A stretch of 64,000 bases of DNA. It comes from Cyanophora paradoxa CCMP329. Lineage: Eukaryota > Plantae > Glaucophyta. A model generated the notes under the pieces. That model made no database searches, had not been told where the DNA came from, and saw only the letters and a list, made by a program, of their open reading frames with translations. The first letter of the stretch is position 1. Each line of letters starts with the position of its first letter. The stretch covers positions 1 through 64,000 of the forward strand of contig QPMI01000610.1 in assembly GCA_004431415.1 (NCBI GenBank), in the 5' to 3' direction. The position numbers and the translations under genes are program-made. Of the stretch, positions 43,332-63,461 are shown in pieces.

Positions 43332-46300
43332 TCACGCGGCGGCGCCGTTGCCGAACTGCGAAGAGCCGGCGCGGCCACGGTCAGTCCAGGGCCTCCAGGC
43401 CGGGGCGGAGCGGCGTAGGGGGGCGGGGGCGGGTGCGGAGGGCGGGGCGCACGTCCTCGCGGAGGGCGGCGCAGGCGGCGTGCAGGCCGGCGAGGCCCCG
43501 CTTCTCCCCCGCCGCCGTCCCCAGCAGCCGCCCGTGCAGCCCCTGCCCCAGCGCTCGCGCCGGCGGGGGGCGGGCGGGCGGGGGGGGCGGAGCGGGGGGG
43601 CGGGCCTTGGCGCGGGTGTGCTTGGCGAAGGAGAGGCGCTCGAGGTTGAGCTTCATCTCCGCGATGCGCGCCCCCTGCTCCTCCAGCCGCCCCTCCAGCG
43701 CCCCCTTCATCTGCACCAGGTGCCGCTCCGCCCGCCCGATCTGCCCGCCCCGCCGGCCGTCGGGCGTCGGGCGTCGGGCGTCGGGCGGCGGTGGGGCGGG
43801 TGCACCTGCTCGTCGAGCGTGATGACCTCCGGTGCCGCCTCCGCCCCCGCCGCGCCCTCCCCCGCGGGGGCGCCCGCGGCGCCCGGCGCCGCCGCCCCGG
43901 CCCCCGCCCCCCGCCCGAGCCCTCCTCGCCGCCGGCGAGGGAGCGGCGGCGAGCCGTCGGGCCGCCGGCGTGCGCGAGGGGTCGTCGGCGATGGAGCGGC
44001 GGCGGCCGGCGGGCAGCCCAGGGACCCCGGGCGCGCGGCCTCCTCCCCCTCCCCTCCCCGTCGCTCTCCCTGCCGGCCCCTGCCGCCGGCCGGCGCGGTC
44101 AGGGGGCGAGGGCGGGGGCGGGCGGGCGGCTCGCGGGAGCCCACCGGCGTCGCTGCCCGAGTCGGGGACCGAGTCGGAGTCGGAGGGGAGGAGGCGGGCG
44201 CTGGGCGGGCCCGCGCCCGCAGGAAGGGCAGCGCCCAGAGGGCCCGCCAGGCCCCCGCGCGAGCCGCGCCCCGCGACGCCGCCACGCCGCCAGCCGCTGC
44301 CGCTGCCGCAGGGAGCGGGCGGCGAGGTACCCCGCAGCCGCCGGAAGAGCGAGGCGGGCTCAGGCGGCGGGCCAGCGGCCGCGGGGGCGCCGGCGGATCG
44401 GCGTAGCCCCCGTGAAGGGCGCGAGGAGGGGGCGTCCGGCGGGCCCCGCCGGCCGAGCCCCGCCGCCGCCGCCGCAGCCCCGCGGCGCTGAGGGCGGAGG
44501 CGGCGGCAGAGGGCGGCGGGCCGGCGGCGGGGGCGAAGGCGCCCTCGAGGGCCCGGCGCCGGCCTCCTCCGCCTCCGCAGCGGCGGCGGCGGCGGCGGCG
44601 GCGGCGGCCTCGAGCAGAGCGGCAGGGGTCGGGTAGGCCCCCGTGCGCCTGCCGCCGGCGGTCGGCGCGGCGTCTCGCGGCCGGGGCGGGGCGGGGGCGG
44701 GGCCGGGGCGGGGGCGGGGGCGCGGGACCGCACTTGAAGGCCGCCCGCTGGAGCCGCGCCAGCGCCTCGAGCCGCTGCGGCGCAGCGCGGCGCGGTGGGC
44801 GGCGCGGCGCGGCGCGGCGGGCCGGGCGCCTCGAACGGAGCGGCGGGGAAAGTCGGGAGGGGGGGAGGGGGCGCACGGAGGCGACGGCGGGGTACGTGCG
44901 GATGGCGTCGCGCGTGGTGCGGGCGTTCCAGCGGCGCTCCCCCTCCGCGATCGCCCCGCTGTAGCTCTCCGTGAAGATCGCCCTGCCGCGTACCCCGGTG
45001 GGGGGGGGGGGGGGGGGGCAGGGGCGGGGGAGACGGGAGCGGGGGAGGGTACACGAAGAGGTTGACGAGGACCATCGTCGCGAAGAAAACTGGGGGTACG
45101 CGTCACAGATGGGGGAAGCATAGAGGGCGGTGTGAGGGTGAGAGGGGGGGGGCACGGTAGGTGGCGAAGAGGAGGGAGCCGAGGAGGGGCTTGGCCTGCA
45201 GCGCGCTCGACGGATCCGCGTCGCTCGGCCACCCCGTGTACAGCTGGGGGGTACATCGCGATCGGCAGGGAGTGGGGTACGGAGCTCCCTAACGTCGGGG
45301 CGGAGGGTACCATCTTATTCTCCTTGAGCATCGACGAGAAGACGGCGAGGAGCGCTTGCTGCGCGGGGGTGCAGAATTCACTCAAGAGCGCGGCATGCCC
45401 GGGAAGGGGGGTACGGAGAGGAGACCTGGAAGGTGTGGAGGGTGGCGACGGAGGAGGAGAAGGCCGTCGAGAGGCCCACCGCGTACGTCACGGCGACTGC
45501 GCACGCCCGCCCGCGTCAGGGGTACGCGTGGACGGAGGGCGGGGCGGGGTATGGGGCGCGCCGAGGAGGCAGACGAGGAGGAAGGTGAGGACGGGGGCGG
45601 AGGCGAAGACGACGGCGAGGGCCTGCGGGGAAGGGCTCGAAGAAGCGGAGGCGAAGGGGCGGGGCGGGGCGGGGGCGGGCGTGGAGGAGGGGCCCGGCGA
45701 CGGGGAGGCGCGTGAGGGAGAGGAGGGAGCGGAGCCAGACGGCGAGCACCGCGAACGCCGCCAGCACCTGCGCGGGGCTCGCTCGGAGGGGCGGCGGCGG
45801 GGGGAGCTCGGGGGCGCGGGGGCGGGGGGCGGGCGTTCTGGAGGGACTGAAGGGCGGCGAGGGTCTGCAGGTCCACGTAGCGCTCTGGCGGCACCGCGCC
45901 CCGCGGCAGCCCCGCCGAGTAGCCGTACCTGGCCCCGCGCCCCGCCGGGCGGTGAGCGAGGGGCGGGGAGTGGGGGAGAAGCGGGACGGTGGCACCAGAG
46001 GGCGCGGGTGGTGGCGAGGGCGAGGAGGAGGCCGTGGAGCGCAAAGTCGTAGAGGTTCGCCGCCACCCCGGCCACCTGCGCGGGGGGTCGAGGCCGGGAG
46101 GCGGGAAGAGGCCGGGGGTTCGCCGCGCGGGGCGGGCCTTGGCGCCGGGGAGGTGGGGGAGGAGGCGTGCGTGGCCGAGGAGGGAGGCGGCGAAGAAGGC
46201 GCACGCCACCAGCTCGAACGCCACCTGCCGGCAGCGCGTGGGCCCTCCAAGTCTCTGGAGGACCTCGGAGGGCTCGGGGGGGTACCTGGATGGCCCCCGC

Positions 46301-49300
46301 GGGGGTCGCGGGGTCCGGGGCCCGCAGGGGCCCCACGCGCACGTCGTGCCGCGGGGCGACGCCGCCCGTCGGCAGGAACTCGTACACGCTCCTCACCTGA
46401 GCGGCGCCCGGCGTCGGGCGAGGAGGAGGGCGAGGGAGAAGGGCGGGGCCCCACGGACGGCGGCGAGGGAGCGGAGGGAGGGGTTGTAGACGGCGAACTC
46501 GAGGAGGACGGCGGCCGTGCCGCGGTCGAGCCAGCGCCCCGCCTCCAGCGCCCCCAGCGCCGCCCTCGCGTCCCCCGCAGCCGCCGGCAGGTCCACGTAG
46601 AAGCCGCCCTGCCCTCTCGCGTCAGGTGGGAGGCGGGGGGCGGGGGAGGTGGCGGGGGCACCGGCTCGTACTCGGCGCCGGCGACGCCGGCGGCGTCGGC
46701 GCGGCTTCCGCGGGGCCCGCCGTCGCGCCAGGCGAAGGCCTCCCGCACGAGGGGCGCGAGGCGCGGGCCGGCCGCCGCCGCCGCCGCCTCGGCCGCCTCG
46801 GCCTCGGCGTCGCCCCAGGCGCGGGCGGCGGCCGGCGGCTCCATGCGGCGCGGGTAGCAGCGCGCCACCGCCGCGTCCAAGGGCGCCGGGACCCCGCAGG
46901 CGTCCCCCGGCCCCGCACCTGCCGCAGCCTGCGCCCCGCCGCTCGCTCGCTCGCTCGCTCGGGGGCTTGAGGTGAGGGGGGGGGTGCGGGGCGCGGCACC
47001 GGACGGCCCCGAGGGGCGCGAAGCGGCTGCGGTCGAAGGGCCCGGCCGGCCGCTCGGCGCGCCCCGCGGGGGCCGCCCACTCCGCGGCCCCCTCGCCGGC
47101 GGGAGTGAAGAGCCTCCCCACCGCCCCCTGCCCCCTCGCTCCTCAGATCGCGAGGCGGAGGGGAGGGCGGGCGGGCGCGGGGGCGGGCCTGCTCCCACAG
47201 GTACGAGAGGAAGTCGGCGTACGTCAGCTGCCGGCCCCGCCTGCGAGGGCCGCGTCAGAGGCGGGCGAGGTTGCAAGGGCGCGGGAGGGAGGTACGCGCT
47301 CGGAGACGAGGAAGCGGCGCTGCGGGGCGAGGCGCTCCCCCCCCGCCTGCTCGGGGAGCCCGTACGCCCTCCGCACCGCCGCCCCGAACGCGTACCCCTC
47401 CTCCCCGCCCCCCGTCGAGCCTGCAGCGAGCTCAGCGAGGCGTCGGCGCGAACTGTACAATCGAAACGGGCGCGGGGGGCCACCGTAGAGGGCGAGGGCG
47501 GTGAGCATGGCGATGAAGAGGAGGTAGGCGGCCGAGCTGCGGGCCACGAGCCGCACGGCCGCCCGCCGCCGCTCCCGCGCCACCTGCCCCGCGGAGCTCG
47601 ACGGGGGGCGAGGGGGAGGGCGACGGGGGGGGGGGGGGGGGGGCGGCCTCGCCTGGGTACGCCCTCGAGGGCCTCCACCATCTCCAGCTCCCGCCCGGGC
47701 TCGTGGCCCCCGCCCCGCCCCGCCCCGCCGCCCCCGCCGCCCCCGCCCTCCCCCGCCCCGGCCCGTGCCGCGAGCGCCCCGCTGCTTCGAAAGCGGCGCC
47801 GGCGCGGACGGAGGCGTCGTCGCGGGGCCGGCGGCGGCGGGCGGCGCGGGCGGAGCGGCGGTCGCGGAGGGCGGCGACGAGGAGGGCGGCGGCGTAGGGC
47901 GAGAGGCCGGCCTCGTCGGGGCGAGCCAGTCGGTCCGCTCCGCGCACGAGGCCGCCAGCAGCCGCAGCACCTCCCCCCGCTCGTGCAGCGCCGCGTGGTG
48001 CGCCGCCTGAGCCCGCGTGAGGCGCGCCGCCGGCCGGCGAGATCGCAGGGAGGGGCGGGGCGGGCCTGGCGGCCGGCGGCGTCGACCGCTGAGACGCTCA
48101 CGCCGCCGCTCACGAGCGCCTGCACCGTCTGCGGGCCGGTCGGTCGGGAAGGAGCGGGCCGGAGCAAGCAGGGCGGGGCGGGGCGGGGCGGGAGCGGACG
48201 GGGGCGTGGCCGGCGGCGGCGGCGAGGTGGAGGGCGGTGCGGCCGGCGGCGTCGCGGGCGTCGGGGTCGCGCAGCGCCTCCGAGGCCAGCAGGCTCCGCA
48301 CCACCTCCCCGTGCCTGGCCCCGCACCCCGTCACGCCCCCCTCTCTTTCCTTCTCGCTTCGAGGGGCGGGGGGAGGGAGGGCGGGACCCGTGGAGGGCGG
48401 CGAGGTGGAGGGCGGTTCGCCCGTCGCCGTCCGCCGCGTTCGCGTCCACCCCGTTCGTCAGCAGCTGCCCGGGGCCCGGGCGTCGGCGCGGCGCGGGGCG
48501 GGGCGGGGCGGGGCGGGGCGGGGCGGGCGGGGCGGGGCGGGCGGACGATGTTGAGGGCGGCGGTGCGCCCCAGGGCCGCCGCCCGCACCAGCACCGCCGC
48601 GTAGAAGCGCTGCCCCGCCCCTCAGCGCGCCGCCCGGCGCGGCGCGAGCGGCGGGGGGCGGGCCTGCATGACGAGCGACGTGTCGTCGCGGCTGCCCTCC
48701 TCGCCCTCCCCGAGTCCGCCGCCGCCCCGGCCCCGGGCCCCGCCCGCTCTCCCCACCTGCGAGGAAAGGGTCGGCAGAATGGCGGAGGGAAAGGTCGACG
48801 GGTGCGCGCCTGGATGCCGTGGGCGGCGACGTGGCGCTCGATGAGCGCCACCGTCCGCCCCGTCACCGCCGCCCCGCTGCCGCCCCCTCAGAGAGGCCGC
48901 GCGGGCCCGGGGCGGGCGGGCGGGGCGGGGCGGCGGGCGGACCGGTCGACGAGGGTGGCGGCGCAGAGGAGCTCGCCGCCCTCCACCGCCGCCTCCGCCG
49001 CCACCGCGAAGACCGGCTGCGCGAGGCGGCGCGGCTCGCGGGAGGCCGGGGCGGAGGGGGCGGGGCGAGGGGCGGCGGGCCTGGTGGAAGTCGTCGGCGG
49101 CGCCGTTGCGCATGAGGACGAGGGCGCAGCGCGACTGCCGGCTCGCCGCCGCCACGTGCAGCGCCGAGCGCCCCGCCCCGTCCCGCGCCGACAGGTTCGC
49201 CTTGTGGTCCTGCGTGCACCCGCCCCGCTAAGGCGCAGGCCGGCTTCGGGCGGGGCGGGGCGGGGCGGGGCGGGCCTCGATGATGGAGCGGAGGAGGGAG

Positions 49301-52224
49301 TCGTGCCCGTGCGCCGCCGCCTCGTGCGCGGGGCGCCGCCCCTCCGCCCCCTCCCCCACGTTGATGTCCACTGCCGCCCAGCTCGGCAGGAGGCGGGCGG
49401 GCGGGAGGGAGGGGGAGGGAGGGGGCGCGCACCGCCGCCGCGAATGCACATCTCGAGGACGGCGGGGGCGTTGTAGCGGCAGGCGAGGAAGAGCAGCTCG
49501 ACCTGCGCCGCCCCGCGGCTCGAAGCGAGGCGGCCAAGGGGGGCGGGGCGGGCCGGCGCACGAGGACGTGGTCGTAGAGGCGGACCTTGGCCTCCTCCAG
49601 CACCCCGAAGAGCGCGCTCTTGTTCTCCTGCACCCCCGCGAGCGCGCCGCGTCAGGGCGGGGGCGGCGGGGCGGGGCGGGGCGGGCGGGCGGGCCTTGAC
49701 GGCGTCGCGCATGAGCTCCCGGAAGTTCGCCTCCTGCGCCGGCGGCGGAGGCGGGTCGGAGGGCCGCCCCGCCCCGCTTCCCCCCGCCCACCACCGCGGG
49801 GCGGGCGGGGGGCGAACCTGCGGGTTGAAGACGGCGCCGCGGGCGAGGAGCAGGCGGGCGGCCCCCTGCGCCCCGCCCGCAGCGCCGCCAGCAGGGGCGT
49901 GCGGCCCTCCTCCGAGCACACGTTCACGTTCGCTGCGCGCCCCGCCCGCCCCGCGTGAGGCCCCTGCGGGCCCCGCGAGGGGCGCGGCGCGGCGCGGCGC
50001 GCGGGCACCGCCGGCGTCGACGAGGAGGGCGAGGCAGGCGGTGTGGTCCCGCGCCGCCGCGAAGTGCATCACCGTCTCCCCCCTGCCGCGTTGGTGAGGG
50101 GCGCGGGGGCGGGAGGCAGAGAGCGGGGGCGGGGCGCGCTGGTTGTTCTGGGTGTTGCGGTGGCAGCCCTGCGCGCCGGGCGGTCGGAGGGGCCGCTCGG
50201 AGCGGGCGGGGCGGGGCGGGCCTGGTCGAGGAGGTACTTGACGACGCGCTCGTGCCCGCCCATCGCCGCGTACCTGGGCCCCCGCGCAGCGCCGCTCGGG
50301 CTGCGCCGGGCTGCGCGGGGCGGGGGCGGGGCGGGGGCACATGAGGAGGGTGTTGCCGTCGGCGTCGGCGTCGTCCACCGAGCCGGCCCCCTTCTCCACG
50401 ATCGACCGCACCGACTCTGCCGCCCCGCGCACCCTCAGCGCCTCCTCGAAGGCCGCGGCGGGCCGGGCGGGGCGGGGCGGGCCGAGGTCGCCGCGGAGGG
50501 CGGAGGAGCGGAGGTCGAGCTTGCGGACGAGCGCCTCCCGCATCGCCTCGTCCGCCACGTCCAGCGGCCTGCGCCCCGTCAGCTCCGAGGCCGAGGACGA
50601 GGGCGGGGCGGGGCCGGGGCCGGGGCGGGGGCGCGCGTGGCGTCGGCGGCGTCGGGGAGGAACATGTCCGCCCCGTGCTCCACCTGCCCCCGCCCCGCCT
50701 CAGAGAGGGGGGACGAGGAGGGGCCGGGGGGCGCGCCAGCTCGACGGCGATCTCCGAGCGGCGGTGCTTGCACGCCTCCTGCGCCCCGCGCCGCGCTCGC
50801 CCCGGAGGAGAAGGCGGGGGGGCGGGGGGCGGGGGGCGGGGCGGACGTGGAGCGGGGAGACGCCCCAGCGGTCCTGAACGTTGACGCGGAGGCCCGGGCG
50901 GGCGAGGAGCCAGCGCGCCAGCTCCCCGTGCCCGTACTCCGCCGCCAGGTGCAGCACGTGCTGCCGGGCGGGCCGAGGGTCGCCCGCGCCCCGGGGAGGG
51001 CCCGGGTCAGATGCGATCGGAGCGCACCCGGTCGTCCCAGTCCTGGACGTTGACGTCGACGCGCCCGCCTTCCACCAGGTGCCGGATCGTCTCCAGGTTG
51101 CCCCTGCGCGAGGTCAGGCAGCCGCGCCCCGCCCCGGCCCCGCCTGGCGCACTCCCTGCGGAGGCGCCAGCGTCGACGTCAGAGCGCGGCCTTCCGACAG
51201 CGGCGGGGGCGGTGCGGGGACCGGGCGGCGTGGAAGAGGTCCCAGGCGACGGACTTGACGCTCGCCTCGATCAGCCGCGCCCGGAGCGCCGGCCCCGCCA
51301 CGTCCTGCCCCCCTCCTCAGACCCCGTCCGAGCGCATGCGGTCAGGCCGGGTCGGAGGGGCGGGGCGCACGAGGGGCGTGCGGCCGTCGGCGTTCTTGAG
51401 GGAGAGGTCGGCGCCGGCCGCCAGCAGCCGCAGCGCCACCGCCTCGTGGTGGTTCCCGCACGCCTCTGCCCCCCCCGCCCGCCCTCAGCCGCCCGCCCCA
51501 GCCCCGCCCGCCGGCCCCCGGCCGCCGGCGCGCGGACCGTGCAGCGGCGTCGTGCCCCCTGCGCCCGAGGGTGAGGCGCCAGCGGCGGGGCAGGGCGGGG
51601 CGGGGCGGGGCGGGGCGCGCATTTGTCCTGGGCGTTGGGGGAGGCCCCCCGCTCGAGCAGGTACTCCAGGATCTCCATGTTCGCCTGCGCACGCCCGCCC
51701 GCGGCCGCCAGGCCCCGCTTAGCTCCCAGTGCGCGCGCGCGGGGATCCGGAGCGGGCGGGCGGGCGGGAGGCCGCGAGTCCCGACGCACGCAGACGGCGG
51801 CCTGCGGAGCCGCGGGTGGGAGGTGCACGATCAGCAGCGCGCGCGCGCGGGGTCATCGAGGAATTCGAATCGAAGCAAAAGCTTGAGAAGGGCACGCGCA
51901 CCATGTGGATGACCTGGCGCTCGTCCCAGTCCTGCGGCGGGCTCGGCGTCAGCGCTCTGGGGCCCGGGCCGCGGTGCGGCTGAGCGGCGCAGCGCACCGC
52001 CGCCTGCACGTCGACGTTCATCGCCTGCACGAGCTTCTTCGTCTCGGACACGTTGCCATCCTTGACGCTGCGCACCCGGCGACCGCGAAACTTAGCTCGG
52101 CTGGCATGGCATGCATATGGGGGCCCATTGGGGGCGCGGAAACCGAGCGGCGGAGACGCCGGGGGCGCGTACAGTAGCATGAAAATGAAAGCACGCACGC
52201 AATGAAAAGATCCCACGCCGACAT
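43332..52224 (-). CDS. Ankyrin-repeat + polycystin/PKD2-type (TRPP-like) cation channel; many exons
   Basis: Spliced start MSAWDLFIAVKDGNV; many ANK motifs (LHLAAEYGHGELARWLL, DGDGRTALHLAALHG); S1 AYLLFIAMLTALAL; TOP-domain GGFYVDL..WLDRGTAAVLLEFAVYNP and YEFLPTGGV; S6 MVLVNLFVAIFTESY; C-terminal coil ending FGNGAAA*. Confidence 0.8.
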
Positions 52225-52570
52225 CTGAGCATCTGGCACAGACCGGATGCGGAGGAAGAGCTGCCCGCTGGCGCCGGCGCCGCGTCAGCGGGCAAAGGCT
52301 GCGAGCTTTTACGGCGACCAGCCAGGCGAGCCCGCCGATGCCGCGGCTCTGGCTGCCGCAGTGCTAACCCTGGCGCCTCTTCGAATAGGACCTGTGTACC
52401 CCTCTCGACCGCGCGGGCCACGGCGCGGCACGCAGAGCGGGGCACGAGGAGCTACCGGGCGCATCGATACAGCCGGGCGCAGGAGATACCGGGCGTAGAG
52501 CCCGATGCGGCTGCGCTGTGATCGTCCGATTGCAGCTGTGTCCGTCAAAAACAGTTCTGGATTTGTGGTC

Positions 52571-53298
52571 ATGAAGAGCTTTGGCATTCTCGCCCAGTCG
52601 CCGGCCGCGGCCGCAGCCAACGCGGTTACGAGCGGCTTCGTCTGCGCCGCGTACAGTCTCCCGACGATCGTGTCGCACGGTGAGAATCTGCGGATTGACA
52701 CGATGTTTGACCTGAGACTAGTACTTCTCTTTCTGCAGGCCTAGGCACGCGCGGATCCGGAGCAAGCTTGAGCATTTCTTTTTGTGGACTAAAGGGCCCA
52801 CGCCCCGGACACCAGCGGCGCTCGGCAGCGCGCCAGCAGGTACCCTCAAGCCTGTGCGGCTCTCGAGCTCGGCCGCGGTCCAGTTTCGTCTCGTGCACGT
52901 GGGTGCCGTCCTTCCTTAGCTTACCAAGGCACGCGCGCTTGGTATTTGTTTGATCCCGCAACCGCACGCAGTCTTCGAGCGACTCTGAGGAGAAGCCGAA
53001 GGACGCCACGGGAGTATCCGAGTCTCGGCAGCTGACGCGGCCGTTCCTGTGGCGCGAAGCGCTGAAGTCCGCTTTCCCGGGCAAGCAGGGGGAGGCTCTC
53101 GTCGATGTGTCGGAAGCATTCATGCAACACTTCGATGAGCGTTTCACGAAGCTGGAGGAGCGCATCGACCGCAAGTTCGAGCACATCGGCTTGCTAATCT
53201 TGGCACTTGCGTTGTTCCTCGTGCGCAACATTCCCATCTTCTCTCCTGTAATTATCAATCTGCCTGACTGCGGTGTGCGGAAGGCGTTATGTAATTAA
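52571..53298 (+). CDS. Hypothetical organelle-targeted protein with C-terminal coil + TM (CCDC90/DUF1640-like topology)
   Basis: Ser/Ala/Arg-rich N-terminus, two plausible introns, and FDERFTKLEERIDRKFEHIGLLILALALFLV. Confidence 0.4.
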
Positions 53299-53872
53299 AA
53301 ATGGGATGGTCTCTAAAAGACGTCATCCGATGATCGCCGGTTTCGATGCTTTGAATCGAAGGGCGTCTTGCAAACCGCAGGTGCTCTTTTCCAAGCTTGA
53401 AGGGCACGAGTAGATCTTTCATTCTGTGAATGCAGTTAGCTCTGATAACAATGTTTCTGTGAAATACAATATGCTTGGATAGGTCCGGCCGCGGCGGCCA
53501 GGCCCAGGCAGCTACGAAGGAGGTTACTAAGTTAACGTTGATTATGCTTGATATATATAGCTCGTATATCAAGATTGATTATCATAGTATGAAGCCTTGA
53601 AGCATAAGGCGCGCACTGCGATCGCGAGCATGCGCGCGCATCTCCGGGCTTCGTGGCAAGCTTCGGCGCCATATGCATGGCCATTTAATTTGGCGCCGGC
53701 CGGCGCCGGCGCCGGCGCCAGCGTGAATTCGAACAGGACCTGTGTACCCCTCTTGACCCAGCCGGCGCAGGCCCGGCGCAGGGCGAACAGATCTAGACCC
53801 TCACGCAGGGCACGTCGACGTCGGTCGCATCGGTACAGCGCTACCCAGCCGACATCGCGCGCTGGGGTTGGG

Positions 53873-55971
53873 ATGGAGCTCGGGTTCGACGAGCTCGCGC
53901 GGGCCTGGCCGGAGATCGCACGCCAGCTGCGGCGGAAGATCGAGACACCCGAAGAGCTCGAGGTGCGAGAGCGCTGCACCTGCGCGGTCCGGTTCTGCAC
54001 AGATGGGCGGCCGCATAGGATGTCGTCAAGAGCATCGTGGCGGCGCGCGAGAAGGTCGGGAAGGACGCCGTCGACGCGTCCGGCTTGCGCAGGCGCGTAC
54101 GCGGCCGCGCCGCGCCGGCAGCCCGAGCCGGCGCCGGGGCCGTCAGCCGGCGGGCTCTGACCACTCGGGTCGCGCAGCTTCGTGGAGGAGCACCTGACGG
54201 CGCAGGAGCGGACGGCGTTCTTCGACGACGTGCTCCCCGCGATTCAGCGCGCGGCGCACGAGCTCCCCTCCCTCCCCCGCTTCCCCGTCCTCGAGGTCCG
54301 CCCGCAGCGCCCCGCCCCGCAGCGCCCCGTCCCGCAACGTCCGGGGCGCCCGCTCTGGCTTCCTGACGCCGGGCCGCGGCGGCGCGCGCGCGGCGCAGGC
54401 CGACGGGCAGGTCTTCTTCTCGAACCGGGAGTGCGCGGGGCTGGTGGCGGGGGCCTTCCTCTGCGCGGCGCCGGCCCCGCGCCGCGCCGACGCGCCCCGC
54501 TTCAACGACTTCGCCTTCGCCGCGCTCCACGGCGCCACGGGCTTCGAGGCCGGCGCCCCGCGCTGCGCCCCACAGGCCGCCGCCAAGCTCCGCTGCTTCG
54601 CCAACTACCTCCGCCGGGCGCTGCTCGGCCCGCCCACCGCCCCGCGCCACGTCGTCGTGCAGCGGCGGCGGCTGGCGAGGGAGCCGCGGTGGGACCTGAG
54701 CGCGACGCCGCTGGCGGGCGTGCGGCCGGCCTTCCGCCTGCGGGGCGCCATCGAGGAGGCCGCCCCCGGGGTGCTCCAGGTCGACTTCGCCAACATGTAC
54801 CCCCCGCCCCGCCCCGCCCCGCCCGCCTCCAGCCTCGCCTCGAGCTCGAGGCCGCCGCTGAGGCCGCCGCGCGCGCAGGTACATCGGCGGCGGAGTCCTC
54901 TCAACAGTTCGACTACCCCCCCCCAACCCCCTCGTTTCTCCGCACTCGCGTAACCGGTACCCCCTCCGGCAGGGCTGCGTGCAGGAGGAGATCCGCTTCG
55001 CCCTCAGCCCCGAGTGCCTCGTCTCCATGCTCGTCTGCCCCGTCATGCAGGCGCCGCCCCGTACCCCCCGGGTTTCGTTTACCCCCTCTGACCCGCTCCC
55101 GCGCCCCAGGACGACGAGGCGATCCTCATCTCGGGCACGGAGCGCTACAGCGATTATAAGGGGTACGCGTTCAACCTCGAGTTCGCGGGCAACCACGTGG
55201 ACCCCACCCCGATGTGCGTGCTGGGCGACCCGTACCCCCCTCCTCGAAAGCTGTGCCCCTGACCCCTCCCTCCCCAGGGACGAGCGCGGGAATCTCCGTA
55301 GTTACATCGTCGCCATCGACGCGATGGACTGGCGGTGCGCGTACCCCCCCCTTCGCCCCATCTTGTACCCCGGGGACGCGGCGCGCAGGCGTGGGGGCGC
55401 GTGGAGGCAGTACCGGCCGGAGTGCATGCGGCGGGAGCTGCGCAAGGCCCTCGCCGGGTTCCTCCCCTGGCCCGACGTGCCGCCCCTCGACGCCGCCGCC
55501 CCCATCGCCACCGGCGCGCCCTCCCCCTCGATCCGCCCTGCGCGCTCGGGGCTCAGGCGCGGGGCGGGGCGGGGCAGGGCACTGGGGCTGCGGCGCCTTT
55601 CTGGGCGACCGCGAACTCAAGTTCCTCCTCCAGGCCATGGCCGCCGCCGAGGCGCGCCCCGCCCCCCCCACTCCCCTCCTACCCCCCGAGATTCGAGGCG
55701 GGGCGGGGGCGGGGCGCAGGCGGGGCGGGAGCTGCACTACTACGCCTTCGGGGACGGGGCGTTCGTGGCGGGGGCGGCGCTCGTATGGGGCCTCGCCTGC
55801 GCGCGCCTGCGGACCGTGGGCGCCCTCTGGAGCGCCCTCCTCTCCTACAGCGAGCTGCGGGACGGCGCCTTCCGCGCGGCCGCGGGCGCCCGGGGCGGGG
55901 CCGGGGGGCGCGGGGAGCCCCCGGGGCTCTTCGCGTACCTCGCAGAAACCCTCCGCGAGCCGGCGCCGTAG
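53873..55971 (+). CDS. PARG: Poly(ADP-ribose) glycohydrolase, copy 1
   Basis: [45 protein letters not shown] (GGG-x-QEE), GTERYSDYKGYA, IVAIDA, RELRKALAGF, IATGHWGCGAFLGD..KFLLQAMAA. Confidence 0.93.
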
Positions 55972-56050
55972 GCGTAGGCGGGCCGGAGGCTCGCTCGAAT
56001 CCCGCGGCTGCAGCGCAGACTCGGAAGCTCGTTCACAAGCTTGTTGCCAA

Positions 56051-56086
<36 letters not shown>
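56051..56086 (+). repeat. Poly-G tract (~36 nt)
   Basis: Homopolymer seen directly. Confidence 0.8.
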
Positions 56087-56088
<2 letters not shown>

Positions 56089-56572
56089 CAGCCGGTTGTC
56101 TGTCCTTTTGTCCTGGGTCGCGGGGCGGCCCGGCGGGACCGACAGGACAGAGGACAGACTCTGCAGCTGAGACAATCCGTCGGGTCCGCCAGACTTTTAT
56201 CTCGCAGCAGCGAAACTGGCCGTGACATTGCATCAAATTATTCGAAGGTTGAATCAATACGTATACATGATCATGAATTCGAGGGATGCGACGATATCGA
56301 TACGTAGCACGATAATTATACTATGCATATGATAACATTACCAGCACTGCCCGGCCACAATGCAGCGCTAGCACTGACGACAACACGATATATATATAAA
56401 CATCTACGACCTACGTTTGCAATTGCGTGTACAGAACAACGTTTAAAAGATAGAGAAAGATCTTCGATATTCAGTTCTGCGTTAACTATAGCGTTCATGA
56501 CAAATGATCATGAATGCAATGAATTCGAATATTATTTTTAGCTATAAATTAGAACTGAAGGGGGAGCTAACG

Positions 56573-63338
<6,766 letters not shown>

Positions 63339-63461
63339 TGCATGCGCAAAGCCCCGATGAAATGTGTGAGGCTAGCTAAAGATTGTACCCCGGGGCGCCC
63401 AGACTCGCTTCTACCGATGAAGCGCGGAGCAGGCAGGGCACGTTGGGCACATCAGTAGATC

